Below, one piece after another: positions 18,608-28,212 of a stretch of DNA of 64,000 nucleotides. Source of the DNA: Thermoprotei archaeon (lineage in GTDB: Archaea; Thermoproteota; Thermoprotei; QMSL01; B3-G16); NCBI GenBank assembly GCA_021162845.1, contig JAGGXX010000007.1, forward strand, positions 11,361-75,360. The letters are read 5' to 3'. The notes beneath the pieces were generated by a model, which saw only the letters and a program-made list of their open reading frames with translations, searched no databases and was not told the origin of the DNA. A program made the position numbers and the translations under genes. Each line of letters begins with the position of its first letter. Positions within the stretch are counted from its first letter, which is position 1.

Positions 18608-19141
18608 ATGAAGAGGCGTGGCGACGTTAGGAATAAGATAGTAGAGGCGGCCATGCAGGTGTTCGCAGAGAGGGGCTTCTTTAACGCCACGACTGACGAG
18701 GTGGCTAGGGCAGCTGGTGTCTCGAAGGGCCTGATCTTCTGGTACTTCAGGAGGAAAGATGACCTCATAAAAGAGGTAGCGAAGCGCAGCTTGCCCTTGG
18801 ATATAATATCTGAGTGCTTATGCAGTGGCCTGAAAGGCAGGCAGTTACTGAGGCGGATAGCAGAGGAGTATGTAAGGAAGTATTCATGTGACACGAACAG
18901 GAGCCTCCTCTTCCAAGCCCTATCGATAAGGTCTACGCATCCAACGATAGGGAAGGAAATCTCTGAAGTCTGCAGCACTCTCTTAGATAGAGTTGCTGAA
19001 GAGGTATATGGTAGCGTAGACCTCGATAAGAGAGTGAGGATGAGGATCTTTTTCGGTGCACTACTCTGTTACGCTCTGAGTGGCGTTGAGGAAGTGAATA
19101 GGGACTTCTACATCTCCAAGGTCATAGAGATTGTGATGTAA
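18608..19141 (+). CDS. TetR/AcrR-family transcriptional regulator
   Basis: N-terminal HTH KIVEAAMQVFAERGFFNATTDEVARAAGVSKGLIFWYFRRKDDL. Confidence 0.8.
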   Translation: MKRRGDVRNKIVEAAMQVFAERGFFNATTDEVARAAGVSKGLIFWYFRRKDDLIKEVAKRSLPLDIISECLCSGLKGRQLLRRIAEEYVRKYSCDTNRSLLFQALSIRSTHPTIGKEISEVCSTLLDRVAEEVYGSVDLDKRVRMRIFFGALLCYALSGVEEVNRDFYISKVIEIVM

Positions 19142-19389
19142 GACTAGGACGCGACAGCTATCGATTGTATCGAGACGAGCTGGGAAGATTTTACAAAACT
19201 GATTAAGCGCCCCACTCATTAGCGCATGTTGTGATAAGCGCCCTCCTACCGCCCTTAGGCTCATCAATCCATTGTAGTGAAAACTAGATTGACAACCGAG
19301 CCTGATAATAAACTTAGGAGGCTTTAGTATATGTTATGTTGTTCGCGCATCCTGAATTTCGCTTCTCAAAGACATCGTCGAATAACTTC

Positions 19390-19830
19390 TTATCGATATA
19401 GAATCCTAATCTCAACTAAGCGCCTGTATATAACGCTGGGAGTCTCTACTAAGAGGCCTTCTTCATGCAGTTTCTTAAGAATTGAGAGAGTTCCTATGGT
19501 TTCTAAGCCTAATTCCCTAGCAAGCCTCCTAGCTCTCTTATCATCTAAAACAACTATTTTACTCCTCATTAGAGATAAGAATATAGCTGAGGATTCACTA
19601 AGGCCCAACCTTGGAAATCTCCTCTTAATATATTTTACGCGAATTTTATCCTCATTGATATACCTTGTAAGCTTCTGGTTATACTTCATCTTTTTTCTTC
19701 CTCTAGTACTCCGTCAGGAACCTCTACTTCACTAAATAGATCAAGAGCCTTTCTCTAGTACCCCTAGCTTTGCTAGTATTATGATCGGTGAAGTATTAAG
19801 TACTACCCTTAAAGACTCTTCTGTACGCAT
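19390..19830 (-). pseudogene. DUF3368 (PIN-like) toxin-family gene disrupted by two frameshifts
   Basis: Three consecutive reverse-strand frames: MRTEESLRVVLNTSPIIILAKLGVLEKGS*, then ALDLFSEVEVPDGVLEEEKR*, then ...IVVLDDKRARRLARELGLETIGTLSILKKLHEEGLL. The second shift lies in an A7 run. Confidence 0.5.
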
Positions 19831-19945
19831 TTAGTTCTTCCTCGATCTCTTCTTCGTTGAGGATGCTATACTTTATTCCAAGATTATGCATGAGAAGCAA
19901 TAGATCATCAATCATTAGACCTAATAATTCGGATGCCTTTCCCAT
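19796..19945 (-). pseudogene. UPF0175 antitoxin-family remnant (C-terminal about 50 aa only)
   Basis: MGKASELLGLMIDDLLLLMHNLGIKYSILNEEEIEEELNAYRRVFKGST. An in-frame TAG lies a few codons upstream of the Met, so the N-terminal half is missing. Confidence 0.35.
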
Positions 19946-20095
19946 GGAGATTCTATCACTAAGTAAAAAGGCCTAAGTGATCATCAATCTTTCGAACTAC
20001 AACGGGGCTTCTAAGTATCTTAGATAAGGGGAAATTTAGCAACTTTGATGGACTCATCACCTAGCAACTTTCATAGTTCATCTATCTTAGACAGT

Positions 20096-20875
20096 CTATG
20101 CTGTAAGACTGTCTAAAGCTAACATTACTAAGAAGCCCATGAAGAAACCTACGGTGACCGATTCATCTTGTCCATGGCTATATATTTCAGGAACTATCTC
20201 ATGTATCACAACATAAATCATAGCTCCCGAAGCTAGTGCTAGTACAAGTGGCAGCGTCATATGGGTGTACGCTATCATCAATGCAGGTAGTAATGCTGCA
20301 AGCGCTTCAGCTATACCACTCAGGGCGCCTATAGTGAAGGAGAGCCCTACTCTTCCTGTTATCATGAGAATAGGAATGGCTACTGCTAGTCCCTCTGGCA
20401 TATCCTGTAAGCCTATTGCAAGTGCTATGGCTAGTCCATCAGCTATGCTGTGCGCTGTCGCTGCGCCTACGGCCATGCCCTCAGGGATATTATGGACCAC
20501 CATAGCTAAGGCCATGAGCTGCGCTTTTTTGAGGCTAACTAATGTTTTATCTTCCTTGGATCCGCTAAGTAAATGCTCATGAGGTATTAGGAGATCTAAT
20601 GCCTTAATTATTGCTACGCCTATGACGAAGCCCAGAATTGCTGTTCCTATATCGCCTTTCTCAATCGCTGGTATGAGTAGACTTGTAAACGAAGCAACCA
20701 GCATCACTCCCGCAGCAAATCCCATTCCGGCATTAAGAGATCGCCTTCCAAGCCTTATACCTAGAAGTATAGGTACTGTTCCTAGAACTGTTAATGATGC
20801 TGGTATCAAGCCTACTATTAGCGTTCTTAAAACTAAAGGCATCTCCATGAGGAGTTTAATGATGTCATTAATCAT
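20096..20875 (-). CDS. zupT: ZIP-family zinc/iron permease (ZupT-like)
   Basis: HNIPEGMAVG ZIP signature; multiple TM helices; His-rich loop EHLLSGSKED. Confidence 0.8.
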   Translation of the reverse strand: MINDIIKLLMEMPLVLRTLIVGLIPASLTVLGTVPILLGIRLGRRSLNAGMGFAAGVMLVASFTSLLIPAIEKGDIGTAILGFVIGVAIIKALDLLIPHEHLLSGSKEDKTLVSLKKAQLMALAMVVHNIPEGMAVGAATAHSIADGLAIALAIGLQDMPEGLAVAIPILMITGRVGLSFTIGALSGIAEALAALLPALMIAYTHMTLPLVLALASGAMIYVVIHEIVPEIYSHGQDESVTVGFFMGFLVMLALDSLTA

Positions 20876-21386
20876 CAGATATCACGGCAGGAGGTTATGA
20901 TTAATAGAAATTATATAAAGATAACCTCGTCAGCTTATTACATACCTTTCAACATCTACCTCAAGGACATGTGATAGCATGTAACAAATTGACGTATTAA
21001 CGACATTTTTACATCAGATTTCTAGAGGCAACCCGATTGAAAGTAAAATTAGCGTGGGGGTTTCAAAAGATCAAGGTTAACGGCTTCCTACTAGTATTTT
21101 AAATCGTTGAGAATCGTCATAGAGATGTCATAGTGATGGGTCAGTTAAAGGTATTATACATAGCATAAGAATCTATAGGATTTAGTGAACCTTACCTTAT
21201 ACTTGCAGTTAACTGGATTACTGAAAGATTACGTCATCTGGATTGATTTTTAAAGTGTATAGAAGAGAATATTGCAAGATAGTTATAATTATTATCCATA
21301 ATGCGTGACTGCGATTCCACTGTGATGGTCGATCGCTAGGTTAATATTCCACCTTTGAGGAAGTTAATAGTAAGGTGTCATAGCAG

Positions 21387-21890
21387 ATGCTTACAGATAA
21401 GGACTATGAGGACATAGAGAAAGAACTAACAAGAGCTTTTCTCGAAGTATTTGGTAATAACCTTACATCGTTAGTACTCTATGGCTCTTATGCTAGAAGA
21501 GAGGCAAGGCCTAATAGTGATCTGGATGTGATAGTTGTAGTTAGCGATGACCTTAAGGATAGGTTTAGAGTGCATACTATGATTGATAAGGTGGAGGAAC
21601 TGCTTAGGCCTTTAATGGAGAGGCTTAAGGGCAAGGGGTACACTCTAATGCTGTCACCATACATTCTCACTGAAAGCCAGGCCAAAGTATTCCGCTCGCT
21701 TTACATCGATGCAGTTTTTGATGCAAAAATACTCTATGATAGGAAGGGCTTCATGGAAAGTATATTGAAGAAAGCTAGGAAGATACTCAAAGAGCTAGGG
21801 GCGAGAAGGGTGAGAATAGGTAAGAAATGGGTTGTAGTTCTTAAATCCGAAGATTACCGTCAAGGCGATAGAGTGGTCTTAGAGCTTTAG
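21387..21890 (+). CDS. minimal nucleotidyltransferase (MNT) toxin-antitoxin component
   Basis: LVLYGSYARREARPNSDLDVIVVV (GS...DxD Pol-beta NTase motif). Confidence 0.75.
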   Translation: MLTDKDYEDIEKELTRAFLEVFGNNLTSLVLYGSYARREARPNSDLDVIVVVSDDLKDRFRVHTMIDKVEELLRPLMERLKGKGYTLMLSPYILTESQAKVFRSLYIDAVFDAKILYDRKGFMESILKKARKILKELGARRVRIGKKWVVVLKSEDYRQGDRVVLEL

Positions 21891-21892
21891 GA

Positions 21893-22231
21893 GTGATCAT
21901 AATGGATAATGTCCAGATGGCTAAAGCGTATATAAAGAGGGCCTCTAGGAGAATAGAAACGGCGAAAAGAGCATTAAGCGAAAAAGCCTACGCTTACTGT
22001 ATCAGGCAAAGCCAAGAGGCAGTAGAGCTCTTATTAAAGGCAGCACTAAGGCTTGTGGGAATAGAACCGCCTAAATGGCGTGATGTAGGGCTAGTTCTTA
22101 TTGAGTTCTCAGATAGATTCCCCAACTGGTTTAAAAGGGAAATTCCCCAGTTAGCAGCTGTTTCAAGGTGGCTTCGAAGGGAACGAGAACCAGCGATGTA
22201 TGGAGATGAAGAGCTAGCCCCCCCCTCCTGA
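21893..22231 (+). CDS. HEPN-domain protein (partner of the upstream MNT)
   Basis: AKAYIKRASRRIETAKRALSEKAYAYCIRQSQEAVELLLKAAL HEPN pattern. Starts 3 nt after the MNT stop. Confidence 0.7.
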   Translation: MIIMDNVQMAKAYIKRASRRIETAKRALSEKAYAYCIRQSQEAVELLLKAALRLVGIEPPKWRDVGLVLIEFSDRFPNWFKREIPQLAAVSRWLRREREPAMYGDEELAPPS

Positions 22232-22408
22232 TAGATTATATACAGAGCCTTATGCCCAGAAGGCCTTGGAGGCAGCAATATATGTACATAAGATAGTCAG
22301 AAAGTTACTTGAAAAGTTTTCTCAAAATAGTGTTTTATAGCGTCATAATGAGGCTGGTGTTTTAGGGATGGCTTGAAAGAAGTGCACGACATGACGTAAT
22401 CTACGAGC

Positions 22409-23116
22409 TTAAGGATGAATATGCCGTCCTTTGAGGTATTCGATTACTTCAGACACGTAATTAATGGCTTCTTTTACTATCTCTTCAAGTAACTTTTCTC
22501 CATATTCTTTCGTGGCCTTAGTTGCCTCACCCCATACGCCATATGGTGATAGATCAAGCATTGACATGTAGTCTAAATAATCTCTAGGAACGCGAGGTAC
22601 ATCCTTGGCCCCCTCTTTTTTGATAAGATCAGGCCGTAAGTACAGTATTATTGAGGTTTCTGATCTTCCAGCATGCACTTCCTTAGAATACCTTGATCCA
22701 AAGTACATAGCACCTAAATCGACTAAAATCGCTAGCAGATCGAGTGTGTAGTTTAGTTCTCTAATTACGTTTCTCAATATGAAGTTAGCGCCATGACCAT
22801 TTACTACGATTAATACTTCGTATTTATGATACTCGAGTGAACGGGCTATATCCCTGATCAAGGATAGTAAAGTCTCAGGGGATAGCCATACAGTTGCCCT
22901 TGATTTCCTATGTTCTAAGGACAGGCTATAGGGTATTGGCGGTAATAAGAGGGCATTAAAGTATTCAGCTATTCGTTTTGCCACTTCTAAAGCAATTATC
23001 GTATCAGTAGATATGGGAAGGTGATCACCGTGTTGCTCTAAACTGCCTATTGGTAGTACACAGATTTTAGGATTAGCATTCTCTACATCCCTAGCAGTAC
23101 TCTCATATGATAGCAT
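22409..23116 (-). CDS. creatininase-family amidohydrolase (ArfB-like)
   Basis: PIGSLEQHGDHLPISTD signature of the creatininase/ArfB family. Confidence 0.75.
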   Translation of the reverse strand: MLSYESTARDVENANPKICVLPIGSLEQHGDHLPISTDTIIALEVAKRIAEYFNALLLPPIPYSLSLEHRKSRATVWLSPETLLSLIRDIARSLEYHKYEVLIVVNGHGANFILRNVIRELNYTLDLLAILVDLGAMYFGSRYSKEVHAGRSETSIILYLRPDLIKKEGAKDVPRVPRDYLDYMSMLDLSPYGVWGEATKATKEYGEKLLEEIVKEAINYVSEVIEYLKGRHIHP

Positions 23117-23489
23117 ATTTCACCCCTAAGCACATTAATATCCCCTAAGTGTCTATATTACATTGCTCGTTATTGGATGTAGAACTTACTGGATAACTTA
23201 CTGCTTTTGACGTTATTGGTTACCTGAACACCGCTCTCTACCTGATAACTCCGGTCAGATATCTGGGGCCTCATCGCTAATTGAGAGCCCTTTAAATGCC
23301 TTGTAGACGATTTAAAGTAATTCCTGAAGGCTGGAGCAGGAGGAGGTACTCATAGGATATAAAGTAAGCGGTGGCTACCTCCTCTAAGCGGCTTCTTCCT
23401 TCATCTTAAAATACTTGTTGAGGCCTACAAAAGATCATCCAAGCTGGCCAACCATGTTTTCATTTTATAAGCTTACGCCATAGCTGTTT

Positions 23490-24932
23490 TTAAGACTCGC
23501 TTAAGGACTTCGTATGCTTGAGGTAATTCTCCACCTTCTTGAGCATATCCTCGACTTTATCTGGGTTCTCGGATGCCAAGTTACGTGTTTCCCCAGGGTC
23601 CTCACGTACATTGTACAGTTCGTGTCCGGCCTTAGGTGAGTATATAAAGCTCCACTCTCCGTCGAACACGTAGAGTTGCCTAGAGTACATGGCCACCACT
23701 TTGCTCCTGAACTCGGGTGGCAGTCTTTCCACGTGACTAGGTATGCCTCTCTCGCCTTGCTTGGCTAGCTCTCCTCCTCTACCGCAAACGACGTACTCCC
23801 TATGTTCATCCCTCTCGCCCAGTACTAAGGGCCAGAAGCTCCTCCCATGTACCTTTACGGGGAGCTCGAGGCCTAACATGTCCAGTATGGAGGGCATTAT
23901 ATCGGGCGCCCACACGAGCTGCCTGATCCTCAAGCCTCGTGGCCCCTCGGGATGCCTTATTATCAAGGGTATCTTGTTGACCTCCATGTATCCACACGGC
24001 GTCTTACCTATGAATCCGTGCTCTCCATGGGCTGTCCCATGGTCGGAAGTGAAGATTACTATCGTGTCGTCCGTCAGCCCCAGCTGGTCTAGTTTCTCTA
24101 GGAGTCTACCGACCCAGTAGTCGACCATCGACACCTCGCCAGCGTATGCTGCTTTCATCGCCTTGACCTCCTCTTCGCTGTAATCTTCTGGGAATGGGCT
24201 CATGAAGCCAGCCCATATGGGGATGGGCCCATCGTAGCTCCGTGGCTTATACATGTTGTAGTAGTACTCCGGAGGATCCCAGGGTTCGTGGGGGTCAAAT
24301 ATATCGACGTACAGGAAGAACTTCTGATTGTAATTCCCCTCAAGCCACTGAATGGCCTCTCGCACCACTCTAGCAGCGAAGTAATCTTCCTCATATCTCC
24401 TATCTGCCACATTCCTGTAGTACTGGTAGAACCATTCCCTAGGCCTAGCCCACCGGCTCTTCAGCTCCTCCCAGCGAGGCGTCATATGTCGCTGTAACTC
24501 GCGTGGCCCTACATCCTCCGGTCCGGTCCTGTAGTTATCGAACTCCTGTCCTCTTATCCATATGAATGCGTGAAAACCTGCATGGTAGTTCATCCCAGGC
24601 TTAAATAAGTGATACGTATCGGTTATGAAAGCGCAGATGTAGTCATGGATCCCCATCGTTCGTACACCGAAGTACCCCTTCTTGCCTAATACCTGTGCTA
24701 CTGTCACATCGTCGGCTCTCAGAGGCTCCCAGCCGTGGGATGGGATAGAGTACTTTCCGGTAAAGAACACGTACCTAGCAGGTATCGTGGGGAATCCTTC
24801 TATATAAGCGTTCTCGAAGAGCACTCCCTCACTAGCTAGCTTATCCAAGTTCGGCGTCTTAATCCAACTGTTCCCGTAACAACTGAGGTAATCGACGCGC
24901 AAGCTATCCGAAACTATCCATAGAAGGTTCAT
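23490..24932 (-). CDS. sulfatase-fold (alkaline-phosphatase superfamily) protein with Thr at the formylglycine position
   Basis: The N-terminus NLLWIVSDSLRVDYLSCYG...TPNLDKLASEGVLFENAY...PTIPARYVFFTGKY aligns gap-free with the arylsulfatase N-terminal block. C-T-P-S-R is replaced by T-I-P-A-R. Start placed at the internal Met MNLLWIV. Confidence 0.75.
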   Translation of the reverse strand: MNLLWIVSDSLRVDYLSCYGNSWIKTPNLDKLASEGVLFENAYIEGFPTIPARYVFFTGKYSIPSHGWEPLRADDVTVAQVLGKKGYFGVRTMGIHDYICAFITDTYHLFKPGMNYHAGFHAFIWIRGQEFDNYRTGPEDVGPRELQRHMTPRWEELKSRWARPREWFYQYYRNVADRRYEEDYFAARVVREAIQWLEGNYNQKFFLYVDIFDPHEPWDPPEYYYNMYKPRSYDGPIPIWAGFMSPFPEDYSEEEVKAMKAAYAGEVSMVDYWVGRLLEKLDQLGLTDDTIVIFTSDHGTAHGEHGFIGKTPCGYMEVNKIPLIIRHPEGPRGLRIRQLVWAPDIMPSILDMLGLELPVKVHGRSFWPLVLGERDEHREYVVCGRGGELAKQGERGIPSHVERLPPEFRSKVVAMYSRQLYVFDGEWSFIYSPKAGHELYNVREDPGETRNLASENPDKVEDMLKKVENYLKHTKSLSES

Positions 24933-25334
24933 CTTAAGCTCCCCTGCTAATATGTTAATCCTAGTAATAAGTAAGGAGCGCTCCTCTACTCTGAGTACTT
25001 GGGGATAACTAACTAAGGTAAATAGGAGCACTCATGTTGGTCTTCCATTTTTTAAAGGTCTAGCTCATTAACATAATAACCCTCATCTCATCCTTAATCT
25101 TCTCGCGAAGCTCTTTATCACTCGTAATTAAAACGTCGTCAAGGATCAAGGCCGTAGCTTCGTTCCGAGATGCATCTAGTGAGGATGGAGATTTCTGACC
25201 GCTGAAATTTTGTGATGACCATCTATAACTTTCATTCAAGTTAGTATATAAGCGAAGGGCGGGCTTAGGGATGATTTTTACCGCATGGATTTAAGGTTAC
25301 CGCAGGAACTCTTTGGTATTGTGGGCGGTTCGAT

Positions 25335-25410
25335 TTAACCGGACAAAAATTAGAGTCGTCAGATAACGATTAGGAATATCTAAGATCATTAGTTAAGACA
25401 GTCCGGTTAA
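25335..25410 (+). promoter_or_regulatory. perfect 10-bp inverted repeat ttaaccggac ... gtccggttaa (about 56-bp spacer), followed by a TATA-like ttataaa at 25423-25429
   Basis: Seen in sequence. The TATA centre is about 26 bp upstream of the ATG at 25452, consistent with a leaderless transcript. Confidence 0.35.
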
Positions 25411-25451
25411 TTTAGATAAACCTTATAAACCTAGGTTAAACATGTCATACT

Positions 25452-25853
25452 ATGGGTAAAACTGTAGCTATAAAAAATGTTGATGAGGAACTCTACAGGA
25501 TGTTTAAAGCGGCTGCTGCCTTAAGAGGGATCACTTTGGGGGAAGCCCTAAACGAAGCGATACGATTATGGTTGGAGATGTCCTCCCTCCTTAACAAATA
25601 TCTTAAGATAGAGGAGGAGGCTGCGAGAAATAGAGAGGCTTATGAAAGACTGGAGAAACGCCTGCTCCGGAAATATCGTGGAAAATACGTGGCGATAGCG
25701 GATGGAAACCTCATAGGGGTCTACAATACGAGAGAGGAAGCAGTTGAAGCAGTAAAGAAACTCTCGGTAAACCATGCGATAGTCACGAAAATTGAGGAAA
25801 AGGAGGCCAAACCCGTAGAGTTCGGAATGTCACTGTTTGAGGGGACGTTATGA
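25452..25853 (+). CDS. RHH/antitoxin-like N-terminal domain fused to DUF5678-like C-terminal domain
   Basis: N-terminus TVAIKNVDEELYRMFKAAAALRGITLGEALNEAIRLW (ribbon-helix-helix antitoxin-like). C-terminus YRGKYVAIADGNLIGVYNTREEAVEAVKK (DUF5678-like). The stop overlaps the next start (ATGA). Confidence 0.6.
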   Translation: MGKTVAIKNVDEELYRMFKAAAALRGITLGEALNEAIRLWLEMSSLLNKYLKIEEEAARNREAYERLEKRLLRKYRGKYVAIADGNLIGVYNTREEAVEAVKKLSVNHAIVTKIEEKEAKPVEFGMSLFEGTL

Positions 25854-26242
25854 AAATACCATATAGCGGAGATAGAAGGCCGCCAATACCCGTACTGGAG
25901 ATAAAGATTTACTCACCTGTCAAAAACGAGTATGCTGAAATAACCGCGTACGTCGATACAGGCTTCGACGGAGGCATACTTATACCATTCGATCTTTATG
26001 AAAATCTGGGATTTGTGCTAGTAGAGGAACCCCGCCCCTCTCGTGGGGTCTTCCCCTCCGGCTCAACAATAAAGCTACATACAGCAGTTACCGAAATCGA
26101 AACGGCAGGCTTCAAGATGGATGCACACATATACTCATCACCATTCATACACAGAAAACTCGTTGGAAGAGAGGTGTTGAATAACCTTATCCTGATTTTA
26201 AACGGTCCTCAAACAGAGCTCGAAATAAAGACAAACATTTAA
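25850..26242 (+). CDS. retropepsin-like (clan AA) aspartic protease, archaeal single-domain type
   Basis: ITAYVDTGFDGGILIP contains the D-T-G active-site motif followed by the hydrophobic-Gly flap pattern. Size is about 130 aa. Confidence 0.65.
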   Translation: MKIPYSGDRRPPIPVLEIKIYSPVKNEYAEITAYVDTGFDGGILIPFDLYENLGFVLVEEPRPSRGVFPSGSTIKLHTAVTEIETAGFKMDAHIYSSPFIHRKLVGREVLNNLILILNGPQTELEIKTNI

Positions 26243-26600
26243 CCTTAAGAAGTTAGTATTCATAGGGATTCGATATGGGTAATCAAAGAATACTATAACT
26301 ATGAGCAACTTATTCATATAGCATGCTTATAATTATATGAGCCTTAATTTCATGGAATAACCACATTCTCTTCATTACATCAACTTATGTATTTAAAGTC
26401 TTGTTCATGAGTAACTAACTTCGCATCCCCATTAATAGTTATTACAGTTACCTCGTGTCATGGAAGTACTTGTTTCCTTCATGATCTCTCATGGTGATTA
26501 ATCCCAGGCAGGATGCTTATTTTGCCATGGAGCGACTCAAAGGCTTATTTTCCCTCAGGGGTAAGTGTTACATCGGGCGCATGCTTCCGGTGATGTTTAG

Positions 26601-28118
26601 TTGCGTAAGGGGCCGAAGATAGCGTTTATAGGGGCTGGGAGCGCTAGGTGGACTAGCAGGATACTCATAGACATATTCACGAATAAGGACCTTCAGGACT
26701 CGGAGATATGGCTCATGGACATAAATGACCGCAGGCTCGACATAATTCATACTTTCGCCAAGAGATATGTAGACGAGATGAAGATCCCAACGAAGATCTA
26801 TGCCACCAAGGATAGGCGCGAGGCCATCAAGGATGCGGATTTCGTGATTTCGAGTGTCCTAGCCAAGGGGTACACCTACTATGAGGCCATGAGGGATATT
26901 TCGGAAAGGCACGGGTATTACCGCGGTATCAATAGCGTTGAATGGAACATGGTCGCCGACTACCATACGATATGGGGCTACTACCAGTTCAGGGTACACC
27001 TGGGCATCGCTAGGGATATAGAGGAGCTCGCTCCCAACGCGTGGCTCTTCATAGTCGCGAACCCGGTGCTTGAGCTCACGACTATGGTAGGCAGGGAGAC
27101 CAAGGTCAAGGTGGCTGGCATATGCCACGGCTTCTTGGGGTTCAGGGCCGCCTTGGAGGTCCTAGCTATGAGGCTCGCGAAGGAGGAGTTAGGTAAGGAC
27201 ATAGTGCCCTACTGCGCGGCCCATGCACCTAAGTGCTACGAGTACATCTTCAAGCTCATCGACCTTGACGAACTTAAGTTCGAGATGAAAGGCCTCAACC
27301 ACGACATATGGCTTACGAAATTCGAGTACAAGGGCGAGGACGGATACGAGTACCTCGATGAATGGATTAAGGAGGACGCTGAGGAGTACTGGAGGGTTTG
27401 GAGGGAGTCCACCACTAGCCCTTGGGATCTAGATCTATGCCCTGCGGCCATAGATATGTATAAGACTTACGGCTTCCTGCCCATTGGGGATAGCGTCAGG
27501 GGTGGCACCTGGAAGTACCACTGGGATCTGAGGACTAAGCAGAGGTGGTACGGACCGTATGGTGGGCCGGACTCGGAGATAGGATGTGCGATAAGAATAC
27601 TGATCGTGAGGAGGAGTATCGAGGAGATGGTGCGCGCGGTCTACGACCGCTCAACGCCGATAACCCATAGGTTCCCCCCAAGACCTAGTGGTGAGGTGAT
27701 CGTACCCCTAATGGATTCCATATTCAACGACAAACCCGCGGAAACTTATACCCTACCGCCGCCTCATCCGAATGCTAAGCCGATAAAGGCCCCCATGTAC
27801 GTTAATGTCATGAATAATGGCGCAGTATCGGGAATACCCGACGATGTGGCAGTAGAAGTTCCCGTGAGGGTGGATGGGAAGGGCATACATGAGAAGCGGG
27901 TGGGCTCCATACCGAGTAAGGTGTATAAGTATGCGATCCTCCCAAGGCTTGTAAGAATGGAGTGGGCGCTCGAGGCCAACCTTAAGGGGGGCAGGCACAC
28001 ACTCTTCGAGTGGCTCATAGTGGACGCGAGGACGAGGAGCATAGAGCAGGTGGAGCAGGTCATAGATGCAATACTGCGCATGCCTGGGAACGAGGAAATG
28101 GCTAAACACTTCGGCTGA
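26601..28118 (+). CDS. glycoside hydrolase family 4 (NAD+/Mn2+-dependent alpha-glucosidase/galactosidase-like)
   Basis: KIAFIGAGSARWT Rossmann N-terminus and AGICHG Cys region typical of GH4. TTG start. Confidence 0.8.
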   Translation: MRKGPKIAFIGAGSARWTSRILIDIFTNKDLQDSEIWLMDINDRRLDIIHTFAKRYVDEMKIPTKIYATKDRREAIKDADFVISSVLAKGYTYYEAMRDISERHGYYRGINSVEWNMVADYHTIWGYYQFRVHLGIARDIEELAPNAWLFIVANPVLELTTMVGRETKVKVAGICHGFLGFRAALEVLAMRLAKEELGKDIVPYCAAHAPKCYEYIFKLIDLDELKFEMKGLNHDIWLTKFEYKGEDGYEYLDEWIKEDAEEYWRVWRESTTSPWDLDLCPAAIDMYKTYGFLPIGDSVRGGTWKYHWDLRTKQRWYGPYGGPDSEIGCAIRILIVRRSIEEMVRAVYDRSTPITHRFPPRPSGEVIVPLMDSIFNDKPAETYTLPPPHPNAKPIKAPMYVNVMNNGAVSGIPDDVAVEVPVRVDGKGIHEKRVGSIPSKVYKYAILPRLVRMEWALEANLKGGRHTLFEWLIVDARTRSIEQVEQVIDAILRMPGNEEMAKHFG

Positions 28119-28212
28119 AGGGGCCTTCAAAGGTAATAACTCAAGAATTTTTCTCTAACCTTTTCGAAGTATGCTTTGCTCGTAGTGGTAGGGCAATGAC
28201 CTAACGTTCGCT

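Noticed and set aside
23490-25031. Calling the two PF00884-like proteins arylsulfatases.
   Set aside because: The FGly motif is absent (Thr at the Cys/Ser position, and the Arg is also lost in the second copy). They are therefore annotated only as sulfatase-fold or alkaline-phosphatase-superfamily proteins.
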